This document shows positions 36,530-49,085 of a stretch of 64,000 nucleotides of DNA, in pieces. How positions within the stretch are numbered: position 1 is the stretch's first letter; each line of letters begins with the position of its first letter. The position numbers and the translations under genes are program-made. A model generated the notes under the pieces. It had not been told where the DNA came from and did not search any database. It saw only the letters and a list, made by a program, of their open reading frames with translations. Source of the stretch: Mobula hypostoma (lineage: Eukaryota); the NCBI RefSeq assembly GCF_963921235.1, contig NC_086097.1, positions 215,204,001 through 215,268,000 on the forward strand. The letters are read 5' to 3'.

Positions 36530-36704
36530 AGGTCAAGCAGCATCTGTGGAAAGAAAGATACAATTGAGGGTTTCAGGTTGAGACCCTTCATTGGGTCTGG
36601 CCAGTCCTGATGAAGGGTCTCAGCAAGAAAAGTCATCTGATTATTCTTTTCCATAGATGCTGCATGACCTGCTGAGTTGCTCCAGCATTTTATATGCATT
36701 GCTC
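36530..36704. mobile_element. Short palindromic PLE derivative with two degenerate hammerhead arms
   Basis: gagacccttcattgggtctgg|ccagtcctgatgaagggtctc centred on 36600/36601. Confidence 0.8.
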
Positions 36705-37124
36705 ACATAGACATTTTAAAAATAAAATCCGTTAAAAAGACATGCATCTACTGTATATCATTTCTGAAACAAACGTATAGTGAAAAAAAGCAGAATATAC
36801 CCTTTTAATGAAGATTAGAGACTTCATTTAAGTGAGGGTGTAAGCTTCCTGAGGGAGAGTGTGGGGTGAGAAGGGCTGACAACTGGCATCCCACATATCT
36901 GTGATATATGCAGAAGTTGGAGATCCACAAAACACCAGAGCATAGACTGGTGGTCATTATCTGTGGAACTAGCATTCACAATCGACCTTAAACCATTTCA
37001 TTATCACTTTGCTCTTTACGGGACATTTCATAAACTGATTTCCTACATTCAACTGTGACTCACTTTAATAGAAATTAATCGGCTGTGAAATGCACTACAA
37101 TAAATGTCACTCCTTCTTTTGTTT

Positions 37125-37530
37125 TATAGAATATAGAACGCAGAACAATACAGCACAGGGACAGGGCTTTCATATCTGTGCTGACTACGATGCCAATTTA
37201 AACTGCACAACTGCCTGTAAATGGCTTATTTCTCATCTGCTTGTTCATACGACTGTCTAAATTCCTCTTAAACATTGCTGTCATTTCTGTTTTCACCATC
37301 TCTCCTGGCAAGGTATTTCAGGCACCTACCACTCACTGTGTCACAAACTTACCGTGCAAATCTCCTTTCAACTTTTCCCTCTCACCTTAAAACTGCGGCA
37401 TCTAATTTTCGATATTTCCATACTAAGAAAGAGACTATCTCATCTGTTTATGCTTTCATAATTTATCGATCAGGTTGTTCTCTCCCCAGCTCCAAGTGAA
37501 AATAATCTGTTTGTCCAACCATTCTCTATC
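37125..37530 (-). mobile_element. Old CR1 3' fragment
   Basis: (tagaa) tail, acagcacagg.acagg and caggcacctaccactcactgtgt, degenerate CR1 3' sequence. Confidence 0.65.
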
Positions 37531-37534
37531 ATTA

Positions 37535-38105
37535 ATAAGACCATAAGACCATAAGATATAGGAGCAGAAGTAGGCCATTCGGCCCATCGAGTCTGCTCTG
37601 CCATTCAATCATGGGCTGATCCAATTCTTCCAGTCATCCCTACTCCCCTGCCTTCTCCCTATACCTTTTGATGTCCTGGCTAATCAAGGACCTATCTATC
37701 TCTGCCTTAAATACACCCAATGACTTGGCCTCCACAGCCACTCATGGCAACAAATTCCACAGATTTACCACCCTCTGACTAAAGTAATTTCTCTGCATCT
37801 CTGTTCCACATGGACATCCTTCAATCCTGAAGTTGTGCCCTCTTGTCCTAGACTCCCTTACCATGGGAAATAACTTTGCCATATCTAATCTTTTCAGGCC
37901 TTTTAATATTTGGAATGTTTCTATGAGATCCCCCCCTCATTCTCCTGAACTCCAGGGAATACAGCCCAAGAGCTGCCAGATGTTCCTCATACGGTAACCC
38001 TTTCATTCCTGGAATCATTCTCATGAATCTTCTCTGAACCCTCTCCAATGTTAGTATATCCTTTCTAAAATAAGGAGCCTAAAACTGCACACAATACTCC
38101 AAGTG
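37535..38105 (-). mobile_element. CR1 3' fragment with (taagacca) tail
   Basis: ERVQRRFMRMIPGMKGLPYEE. Confidence 0.9.
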
Positions 38106-39425
38106 AAATCATCGGACAAAGTCAGCATGGATTTGTGAAAGGAAAATCATGTCTGACGAATCTCACAGAATTTTTTGAGGATGTAACTAGTAGAGTGGTA
38201 GGGGAGAACCAGTGGATGTGGTATATTTGGATTTTCAAAAGGCTTTTGACAAGGTCCCACACAGGAGATTAGTGTGCAAACTTAAAGCACACGGTATTGG
38301 GGGTAAGGTACTGATGTGGATGGAGAATTGGTTAGCAGACAGGAAGCAAAGAGTGGGAATAAACGGGACCTTTTCAGAATGGCAGGCGGTGACTAGTGGG
38401 GTATCGCAAGGCTCAGTGCTGGGAGCCCAGTTGTTTACAATATATATTAATGACTTGGATGAGAGAATTAAATGCAGCATCTCCAAGTTTGCGGATGACA
38501 CGAAGCTGGGTGGCAGTGTTAGCTGTGAGGAGGATGCTAAGAGGATGCAGAGTGACTTGGATAGGTTGGGTGAGTGGGCAAATTCATGGCAATGCAATTT
38601 AATGTGGATAAATGTGAAGTTATCCACTTTGGTGGCAAAAATAGGAAAACAGATTATTATCTGAATGGTGGCCGATTAGGAAAAGGGAAGGTGCAACGAG
38701 ATCTGGGTGTCATTATACACCAATCATTGAAAGTGGGCATGCAGGTACAGCAGGCGGTGAAAAAGGCGAATGGTATGCTGGCATTTATAGCGAGAGGATT
38801 CGAGTACAGGAGCAGGGAGGTACTACTGCAGTTGTACAAGGCCTTGGTGAGACCACACCTGGAGTATTGTGTGCAGTTTTGGTCCCCTAATCTGAGGAAA
38901 GACATCCTTGCCATAGAGGGAGTACAAAGAAGGTTCACCAGATTGATTCCTGGGATGGCAGGACTTTCATATGAAGAAAGACTGGATGAACTGGGCTTGT
39001 ACTCGTTGGAATTTAGAAGATTGAGGGGGGATCTGATTGAAACGTATAAAATCCTAAAGGGATTGGACGGGCTAGATGCAGGAAGATTATTCCCGATGTT
39101 GGGGAAGTCCAGAACAAGGGGTCACAGTTTGAGGATAAAGGGGAAGCCTTTTAGGACCGAGATTAGGAAAAACTTCTTCACACAGAGAGTGGTGAATCTG
39201 TGGAATTCTCTGCCACAGGAAACAGTTGAGGCCAGTTCATTGGCTATATTTAAGAGGGAGTTAGATATGGCCCTTGTGGCTACAGGGATCAGGGGGTATG
39301 GAGGGAAGGCTGGGGCGGGGTTCTGAGTTGGATGATCAGCATGATCATAATAAATGGCGGTGCAGGCTCGAAGGGCTGAATGGCCTACTCCTGCACCTAT
39401 TTTCTATGTTTCTATGTTTCTATGA
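38103..39425 (+). mobile_element. CR1 subfamily A, 5'-truncated and frameshifted
   Basis: ORFs 38212..38664 and 38574..39326; (tctatgtt) tail. Confidence 0.96.
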
Positions 39426-39429
39426 TTAT

Positions 39430-40580
39430 GCCTCATCTCCTGCCTGTTCTTTCTACCATCTCTGTTGAATGCTATCTTTGATTTATTTCTGTTTTCCCCT
39501 TCCTCACCCCAATCACTCCAGTTTCCATTCCCTGCCAAATTAGTTTAAACCCTCCCTGATAGCTCTATTAGACCTGCCTGCTATGATATTGGACCCTTTG
39601 GGTTCAGGTATAACCCATCCTCTTTGTACAGGTTGTACCTCCCCCAGAAGAGGCCTCAATGATCCTGTAACCAGAAGCCCTGCCCCCTACACCAGTTTCT
39701 CAGCCACACATTAATATACCTGATCATGCTATTCTTGTGCCCGTTAGCGCGTGGCACAGGCAGCAATCCTGAGATTACTACTCTGGACGTCCTGCTTTTT
39801 TGTTTCTTACCGAACTCCCTGAGTTCTCTCTTCAGGACCTCCTCCCTTCTTCGACCTATGTCATTGGTAGCAACGTGTACCAAGACTTCTGGCTGTTCAC
39901 CCTCTCCCTTCAGAATACTCTGCACCCAATCTGAGACATCCCGTACCCTGGCACCTGGGAGGCAACACACCATGTGGGTATCTCCATCAGGCTCACAGAA
40001 TCTCCTGTCTGTTCCCCTGACTATGGAATTTCCTATGATTACTGCATCCTTCATCTTCTTCTCTCCCTTCTACACCATGGAACCAGGCTCAGTGCCAGAG
40101 ACCCGATCACCGTGGTTGACCTCTGTCACGTCATTCCCTCCAACAGCATGCAAAACGAGATAATGATTATTGAGGGGGATGGCCACAGGGGTACTCTGTA
40201 CTATCTGAGCTCGTCCCATCCCTTCCCTGACAGTCACCCACTTATCTAACTCCTGCAGCCTCGGGGTGACTAACTCCCTATAGCTCCTATCGATCTCCTG
40301 CTCGCTTTCCCTAATAAGCTGTAGGTCATCAAGCCACAGCTCCAGATCCCTAACACGGTCTCTCAGAAGCTGCATCTTGGTGCACCTGGCGCGGATGTGG
40401 CCATCTGGGAGACTGGAAGATTTCCGGGATTCCCACATCTGACACCCAGAGCAAAGTACTAACCCTACAGACATGCTCTCCATTCCTCCAAAAAAGTTCT
40501 CCTGCTCTCCAGCTCACGATTGGTGCTCCGGTTATAGCCAAGTTTCCGTGAAGCTTTCCCTTTTTAACTCTGCTCCTGTA
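39430..40580 (-). mobile_element. Old CR1 5' part: frameshifted ORF1
   Basis: CSGCQMWE, IGNSIVRGTDRRFC and HVATND motifs. Confidence 0.88.
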
Positions 40581-42210
40581 CCTGTGTGCCGCCTCCTCTC
40601 TCGAAGCTCTCAAACTCTTTAATCCAGACAGCAACCTGGTGATTTTCTTCTCCACACCTTCCAAGCCTCCAGTTATGTGGCAACCAGAATTCAAAGTTCA
40701 AAGTAAATTTAATATCAAGGTACATATATGTCAGCATATACAACCCTAAGATTTATTTTATTGCAGGCATACTCAGTAAAACAAATAGCCATAATAGAAT
40801 AAATAGTCAATAGGTGCAGGAGTAGGCCATTCGGCCCTTCAAGCCAGCACTGCCATTCACTGTGATCATGGCTGTGATCAGTATCCAGTTCCTGTCTTAT
40901 CCCCATAATCTTTGATTCCACTATCTTTAAGAGCTCTATCCATCTCTTTCTTGAAAACATCCAGAGACTTGGCCTCCACTGCCTTCTGGGGCAGAGCATT
41001 CCACGTATCCAACCCTCTCTGGGTGAAAAAGATTTTCCTCAACTCCGTTCTAAATGGCCTACCCCTTATTCTTAAACTGTGGCCTCTGGTTCTGGACTCA
41101 CCCGTCAGCGGGAACATGCTTCCTGCCTCCAGCGTGTCTAATCCCTTAATAATCTTATATGTTTCAATCAGATCCCCTCTCAGCCTTCTAAATTCCAGTG
41201 TATACAAGCACAGTCGCTCCAATCTTTCAACATATGACAGTCCCGCCATCCCGGGAATTAACCTTGTGAACCTACGCTGCACTCCCTCAATAGCAAGAAT
41301 GTCCTTCCTCAAATTTGGAGACCAAAACTGCACACAGTACTCCAGGTGTGGTCTCACCAGGTCCCTGTACAGCTGCAGAAGGACCTCTTTGCTCCTATAT
41401 TCAATTCCCCTTGTTATGAAGGCCAGCATGCCATTAGCTTTCTTCACTGCCTGCTGTAATTGCATGCTTGCTTTCAGTGAATGATGTACAAGAACATCTA
41501 GATCTCGTTGTACTTCCCCTTTTCCTAACTTGACTCCATTTAGATAATAATCTGTCTTCCCGTTCTTACCACCAAAGTGGATAACCTCACATTTATCCAC
41601 ATTAAACTACATCTGCCATGCATCTGTCCACTCACCCAGCCTGTCCAAGTCACCCTGCATTCTCATAACATCCTCCTCACATTTCACACTGCCACCCAGC
41701 TTTGTGTCATCTGCAAATTTGCTAATGTTACTTTTAATCCCTTCATCTAAATCATTAATGTATATTGTAAACAGCTGTGGTCCCAGCACTGAACCCTGTG
41801 GTACCCCATTGGTCACCGCCTGCCATTCCGAAAGGGACCCGTTAATCGCTACTCTTTGTTTCCTGTCAGCCAGCCAATTTTCAATCCATGTCAGTACTCT
41901 GCCTCCAAAACCATATGCCCTAGTTTTGCCCACTAATCTCCTATGTGGGACTTTATCAAAGGCTTTCTGAAAGTCCAGGTACACTACGTCCACTGGCTCT
42001 CCCTTGTCCATTTTCATAGTTAATCCTCAAAAAATTCCAGAAGATCAGTCAAGCATGATTTCCCCTTCATAAATCCATGCTGACTCGGACCAATCCTGTT
42101 ACTGCCATCTAAATGTGCCATAATTTCATCTTTTATAATTGACTCCAGCATCTCTCCCACCACTGACGTCAGGCTAACCGGTCTATAATTCCCTGCTTTC
42201 TCTCTCCCTC

Positions 42211-42846
42211 ATAGAACATAGAACATAGAATAATACAGCACAGTACAGGCCCTTCGGCCCACAATGTTGTGCTGACCCTCAAACCCTGCCTCCCATATAA
42301 GCCCCAACCTTAGATTCCTCCATATACCTGTCTAGTAGTCTCTTAAACTTCACTAGTGTATCTGCCTCCACTACTGACTCAGGCAGTGCATTCCATGCAC
42401 CAACCGCTCTCTGATTAAAAAACCCTCCTCTAATATCCCCCTAGAATTTCCCACCCCTTACCTTAAAGCCATGTCCTCTTGTATTGAGCAGTGGTGCCCT
42501 GGGGAAGAGGCGCTGGCTATCCACTCTATCTATTCCTCTTATTATCTTGTATACCTCTATCATGTCTCCTCTCATCCTCCTCCTCTCCAAAGAGTAAAGC
42601 CCTAGCTCCCTTAATCTCTGATCATAATGCATACTTTCTAAACCAGGCAGCATCCTAGTAAATCTCCTCTGTACCCTTTCCAATGCTTCCACATCCTTCC
42701 TATAGTGAGGCGACCAGAACTGGACACAGTACTCCAAGTGTGGCCTAACCAGAGTTTTATAGAGCTGCATCATTACATCGCGACTCTTAAACTCTATCCC
42801 TCGACTTATGAAAGCTAACACCCCATAAGCTTCCTTAACTACCCTA
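42211..42846 (-). mobile_element. CR1 3' fragment with 6-bp TSD
   Basis: tccctc at 42205-42210 and 42847-42852; ORF 42441..42821. Confidence 0.93.
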
Positions 42847-42921
42847 TCCCTCCTTTCTTGAAAAGTGGGACAACATTAGCCGCCCTCCAATCCACAGGAT
42901 CTGATCCTAAATCTAAAGAAC

Positions 42922-43613
42922 TGTAACTCCCCTGGCCAGCCTCGGGGTCGCTCAGCTCTCTGTCGTCTAGGGAAATAGCCCTCGGCCCCGCCAAACTGGG
43001 TAATTAGTTTCTGTGGATGCTGTGTGATGTACCCCACCCCACCCAAATAACAGACAATATACCAGATACGATTAAATGATTTACAGTTTATAGATATTAC
43101 TGGAACTATATAATTAATAGAGAATAAAATATAAAAGGAAAATAAAAGGCGGCACACTTATCAAAGTTCAATCTCTTCGTGCACAAACAGTTGGAGCTCA
43201 GGACCCTCCTTCTTCACCCCGCGTCTCCCCTCGGACCACCTCGACCTGCTGCCTGGGACCAACAATGGTGGTTGACCAGACGCTCCACACGAGTCCATCT
43301 CCGTCTCCTCTCCTCGCCAAACACCTTGGACCTCGGACTCCTGAGGATTCACAGCACCTGGTCCATCCTCTGTCTCCCTCTCCTGCCTTCTCCCCAAAAA
43401 CCCGCGCATCACAATATCTCAGACACACAGAAAGCATAACAACTATCCCATTTGGTTCGTAACATCCTCTTATCAGTAACATGATCCAAACAAACTGCTA
43501 GCGGGAGGACTTTCTCAGCAGTTAACATAACAAAGAAGCCATTTCAATTATAACATAACAAAGAAGCCATTTTAATAAACTACGCAGTAACATAAAAGAA
43601 GAAACCCCTTACA
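42922..43613. mobile_element. Solo LTR (692 bp)
   Basis: tgtaa...ttaca termini; 4-bp TSD gaac/ggac with one mismatch; host CR1 resumes exactly. Confidence 0.85.
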
Positions 43614-45289
43614 GGACATTGGAAAATGATTACCAATGCGTCCACGATTTCTAAAGCCACCTCCTTAAGTACCCTGGGATGCAGACCATCAGGTCCCAGG
43701 GACTTATCAACCTTCAGACCCAACAGTCTATCAAACACCATTTCCTGCCTAATATAAATTTCCTTCAGTTCATCCATTACCCTAGGTCCTTTGGCCACTA
43801 TTATATCTGGGAGATTGTTTGCGTCTTCCCTAGTGAAGACTGATCCAAAGTACCTGTTCAACTCGTCTGCCATTTCCTTGTTCCCCATAATAATTTCACC
43901 CTTTTCTATCTTCAAGGGCCCAATTTTGGTCTTTACTATTTTTTTCCTTTTCATATACCTAAAGAAGCTTTTACTATCCTCCTTTATATTCTTGGCTAGA
44001 TAATCTTCATACGTCATTTTTTTCTCTGTGTATTACCTTTTTAGTTATCTTCTGTTGCTCTTTAAAAGTTTCCCAATCCTCTGGCTTCCCACCCACCTTT
44101 GCTATGTTATACTTCATCCCTTTTATCTTTATACTGTCCTTTACTTCCCTTGTCAGCCACTGAACCAGTGAAAGACTGTACCCAAAAAGGCGGACAACTA
44201 GTGTGCAAAAGACAACAGACTATACAAATCGAAAAGAAATAATAATAATAATAAATGATAAGCGATTGAGAACATGAGATGAAGAGTCTTTGAAAGTGAG
44301 TCCATAGGTTGTGGGAACAGTTTAAAGTTGGGGAAAATGAAGTTGAGTGAATTTATCCCCTCTAGTTCAAGAGCCTGATGGTTGAATGGTTGTGGGATAA
44401 TAACTGTTTCTGATCCTGGTGGTGTGAAGGTAAGGTTCACATACCTTCTTCCTGATGGCAGCAGCAAGTAGAGAGCTTGACCTGGTTGGTGGGTGTCCCT
44501 GATGATGGATGCTGCTTTCCTGCGACAGCACTCTATTTAGATGTGCTCAATGGTGGGGAGGGCTTGAACCACGATGGACCGGGCCATATCCGCTACTATT
44601 TGTAGAATTTTCCATTCAAGAGCATTGGTGTTTCCATACCAGGCTGTGATGCAGCTAGCTAATATACTCTCCATCACACGTCTGTTGAAGTTTGTCAAAG
44701 TTTTAGATGTCATGCTGAATCTTCGCAAACTTCTAAAGAAGTAGAGGTACTATGTGCTTTCTTTGTAATTGTATTTATGCGCATAATACTTGGTGCTGTC
44801 TAAGCAAAGTTTTGTAAAGCTGCAACATGACTTCCTGACTCTTTGCTCAATGCCTTGACCAATGAAGCCAAGCCTTCTTTACTACCATTCATTCTGTATG
44901 TTCTCCTCATATTTGACCTACCAAAATGGAATGCCTCACATCTATCTGGATTGAACTCCATCAACCATTTCTCTGTTCCATATTTCCAGCTGGTCTTTGT
45001 CCTGATGAATCCTTTGACAACCCTCCTCACTATCAACAACTCCACTAATCTGTGTCATCCACAACTTGCTGAAGTCTGCAAAGGTGGTATGCCAAGAACT
45101 GACAGGATTCGACTTGATTTCAACACTTCTCTCTTAAATCACCCTTTCTCTTGGACAGCAGTATGATTAGACGAATGAGCAGAAGTCATGCCGGGCAGGA
45201 TAATCTTCCCAGGGTGGTGCTGGAGAATGGGGTGAAGGGGCTCTCAGAGGGAGACCACGTTTGCCAATAGTACTCCTCTGTGCTCCTGA

Positions 45290-45836
45290 GCAAAGGAAGG
45301 CTCATGAGGAATCTGTAATTCAGTACAGAGTCAGTAAAAGTTGAAGGGCAGCCAACTGATTCAGATCGCTGGCCCAAAGTGGCAGAAGCTGATGTTCGGA
45401 TGCAGAGTTAAGCGCTGGGCCAGATTGAAAAGGTCAAGGTTCAGTACCTGTAGAAGGTCAGGGCGGCGAATCACGGGCAGATTAAGATTGCTGCTCCATG
45501 AAGCTGACTCAGCTCTGCACTGAACGATGCGGCTCGGATTCTTGTCTGGACTTCAGTTCAGAAACGCTACTTGCTTGCGGTTACTGTTTGCAGGATGTTT
45601 CTTTTTCATTGCACATTGGCTGTTTGACAGCCTTTCTTATGATTTATTTTATTTGATTTTCTTACAGGCATGATGCGTTTATTTATTCTCTGCACACTGG
45701 GTGTCAGACTGTCTTTCTTCATATATATGGGGTTTGTTTTTGTGTTTCTTTGTTTTGTGGCTGTTTGTTAGGAGACAGACCTCAAGGTTGTGTAATGCAC
45801 ACATACCTTGATAAAAATGTACCTTGAACTCTGAAC
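45290..45836 (+). mobile_element. Non-coding retroposon with a Rex1-like 3' tail
   Basis: Shares ctgggccagat..tgaaaagg and ctcaaggttgt..tgata..aaatgtac.ttgaact with 47935-48652. Confidence 0.65.
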
Positions 45837-45974
45837 ACTGTATCTCCCTGAGATGTATGGCAAGTGTTATTTGTTATACCAGCTACACACAGGGCTAGAG
45901 CTGCTTTGCCAAAACCTGCCAAACACTCAATTGTACTTAACTTCTACATTCAATGATGATCTCATCTGGAGCTA

Positions 45975-47470
45975 CATAGAACATAGAATAGTACAGCACA
46001 GTACAGGCTCTTCGGCCCACAATGTTGTGCCGAACCTCAAACCCTGCCTCCCATATAACCCCCCACCTTAAATTCCTCCATATACCTGTCTAGTAGTCTC
46101 TTAAACTTCACGAGTGTCTCTGCCTCCACCACCGACTCAGGCAGTGCATTCCACACACCAACCACTCTCTGAGTAAAAAACCTTCCTCTAATATCCCCCT
46201 TGAACTTCCCACCCCTTACCTTAAAGCCATGTCCTCCTGTATTGAGCAGTGGTGCTCTGGGGAAGAGGCGCTGGCTATCCACTCTATCTATTCCTCTTAT
46301 TATCTTGTACACCTCTATCATGTCTCCTCTCATGCTCCTTCTCTCCAACGAGTAAAGCCCTAGCTCCCTTAATCTCTGATCATAATGCATACTCTCTAAA
46401 CCAGGCAGCATCCTGGTAAATCTCCTCTGTACCCTTTCCAATGCTTCCACATCCTTCCTATAGTGAGGCGACCAGAACTGGACGCAGTACTCCAAGTGTG
46501 GCCTAACCAAAGTTTTATAGAGCTGCATCATTACATCGCGACTCTTAAAAGCTATCCCTCGACCTATGAAAGCTAACACCCCTTAAGCTTTCTTAACTAC
46601 CCTATCTACCTGTGAGGCAACTTTCAAGGAACTGTGGACATGTACCCCCAGATCCCTCTGCTCCTCCACACTACCAAGTATCCTGCCATTTACTTTGTAC
46701 TCTGCCTTGGAGTTTGTCCTTCCAAAGTGTACCACCTCACTTCTCCATGTTGAACTCCATCTGCCACTTCTCAGCCCACTTCTGCATCCTATCAATGTCT
46801 CTCTGCAATCTTTGACAATCCTCTATACTATCTACAACACCACCAACCTTTGTGTCGTCTGCAAACTTGCCAACCCACCCTTCTACCCCGACATCCAGGT
46901 CGTTAATAAAAATCACGAAAAGTAGAGGTCCCAGAACAGATCCTTGTGGGACACCACTAGTCATAATCCTCCAATCTGAATGTACTCCCTCCACCACGAC
47001 CCTCTGCCTTCTGCAGGCAAGCCAATTCTGAATCCACCTGGCCAAACTTCCCTGGATCCCATGCCTTCTGACTTTTTGAATAAGCCTACCGTGTGGAACC
47101 TTGTCAAATGCCTTACTAAAATCCATATAGATCACATCCACTGCACTACCCTCATCTATATGCCTGGTCACCTCCTCAAAGAACTCTATCAGGTTTTTTA
47201 GACACGATCTGCCCTTCACAAAACCATGCTGACTGTCCCTGATCAGACAATGATTCTCTAAATGTGCATAGATCCTATCTCTAAGAATCATTTCCAACAG
47301 CTTTCCCACCACAGACATAAGGCTCACTGGTCTATAATTACCCAGACTATCCCTACTACCTTTTTTGAACAAGGGGACAACATTCGCCTCCCTCCAATCC
47401 TCCAGTACCATTCCCATGGACAACTAGGCAGAGGCTCAGCAATCTCTTCCCTCGCCTCATGGAGCAGCTC
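45975..47470 (-). mobile_element. 5'-truncated CR1 ORF2
   Basis: ORFs 46737..47423, 46583..46795 and 46037..46579. Confidence 0.95.
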
Positions 47471-47619
47471 ACCCAAATAGTTCTGTTTCTCTTCATGTTT
47501 TATTGATGCTGAAGCACAATTAAAGATTTGATCTAGGTAGCAGCAATGCATGGAATATCTCTGACATAGGAACTGGAAGAGGAAGTACAGAAGTTAGTTC
47601 TTGTTCTAGTCTCACTTAC

Positions 47620-49085
47620 CAGTTGAAACAACTTTCCTGCCTCTATCTTATCTATATTGTACATATTCTTTATGTTTCTGTGAGATCTTCACTTGTTCTT
47701 ATGAATTATAGTCCTAGATGACTCATTCTTTTCTTATAGGCTAATCCACTTATCGCTGGAATTAACCTAGTGAATCTCTTCTGCACTACCTCCAAAGCCA
47801 GTACATCTTTCAACAAGTAAGGGGACCAGAACTGAATGCAGTACTCAAAATATGGCCTCACCAGTACATTGTGCAGTTGCAGTATAATCTCTCTGCTCTT
47901 AGATTCAACCCTTCCAACAATGAAGGCCAACATTCCAAAGTTCAATGTACATTTATTATCAAAGTACGTATACATTATACAACCTTGAGACTCATCTCCT
48001 TACAGGCAGTCACAAAACGAAGAAACCCAAAAAATCCATTTTAAAAAAAGACAATCAAACACTCAAGGTGCAGAGAGAGAAATAAAAAATAAAAGTAAGC
48101 AAAAAGCATTCGGAATGAAAGCAAGCCCACAGACACGAAGCCCAGAGCAGCCTCAGCCCCAGCCCGAGTTCAACCCAGAGCTGAGAAACATCGTGGAGCA
48201 GTGAGCAGAACTGGTCCAGCCATCCTGCCTTTTCAATCCATCTGGCCCAGTGTTGAAATGGTCCAGAATTTGGTTTGTTTCTCACTCTAGGGCCTGGGCC
48301 TGTCTGATTGATACGCACTGGACCCCACCACCATGTTTTGTCCTGCACCTGATGTTTCCAAATTGGCTTGGTCGATCAAACTCACTGTTTGTTTAGGTGG
48401 ACGGACCTCGAATCTGCCTCTCTTCTGTTCACCCCGACATTGCCTCGAATACGCCTTAACTTTGCCTCACACCCGCTCGCTTTGACTCTCAACTCAGCCT
48501 TGCCTTTGCTCATCTCTCCATTGTTTGTGGTGATCATTTGCCATAAATTTTACCAGAAAAGTATTATTAATAAAGTATTTAGTTGTATTCTTTGTTTTGT
48601 TTGCCACCAATAAGTAGTTGCTGGGCTTCACGAGCACCGTCCTAAACCAGCCATTCGATTTTTTGATAACTATTGCATCTGCAAACCAACGTTTTGTAAT
48701 TCATGCACAAGCATTCCCAGGGCCCTCTGTACAACAGCATGCTGAAAGTTTCCACCATTTAAATTATAATCTGATCTTCTACTTTCCTTCCAAAGTCAAA
48801 GTAAAATTTATTATCAGAGCACATACATGTCACCACATACAATCCTGATTTTCTTTTTCTGTGGGCATACTTAGCAAATCTAGAGATCAGTAACTGTCAA
48901 CAGGATCTGTAAGCTGTGCAAAGTGTGGATGACCTCAAATTTACCAACATTACGCTCCATCTGCCAGACTCTTGCCCACTTACTTAAACTATCTATATCC
49001 CTTTGTATCCTCCGCACAATTTGCTTTTCCACTTGGTTTCATCAGCAACTTAGATACGTACGCTACGCTTGGTCCTCTCCTCCAC
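47620..49085 (-). mobile_element. Old CR1 fragment carrying two inserts (47935-48652 and 48797-48918)
   Basis: LVRPYFEYCIQFWSPY; caaagt duplicated at 48791-48796 and 48919-48924. Confidence 0.75.
47935..48652 (-). mobile_element. Non-coding retroposon with a Rex1-like 3' tail
   Basis: Interrupts CR1 at ggccaacattc|cattcg; homologous to 45290-45836. Confidence 0.7.

Larger units (their letters stand above)
40804..44160 (-). mobile_element. 5'-truncated CR1 ORF2 interrupted by a CR1 and a solo LTR
   Basis: ORFs 40878..41600, 41607..42017 and 43580..44017. Confidence 0.93.
40690..44780 (-). mobile_element. Rex1/Babar 3' fragment (40690-40803 and 44161-44780) hosting nested insertions
   Basis: (caaagt) tail at 40692; UTR resumes at 44161; LLPSGRRY and ESILASCITAWYGN motifs. 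Confidence 0.8.
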
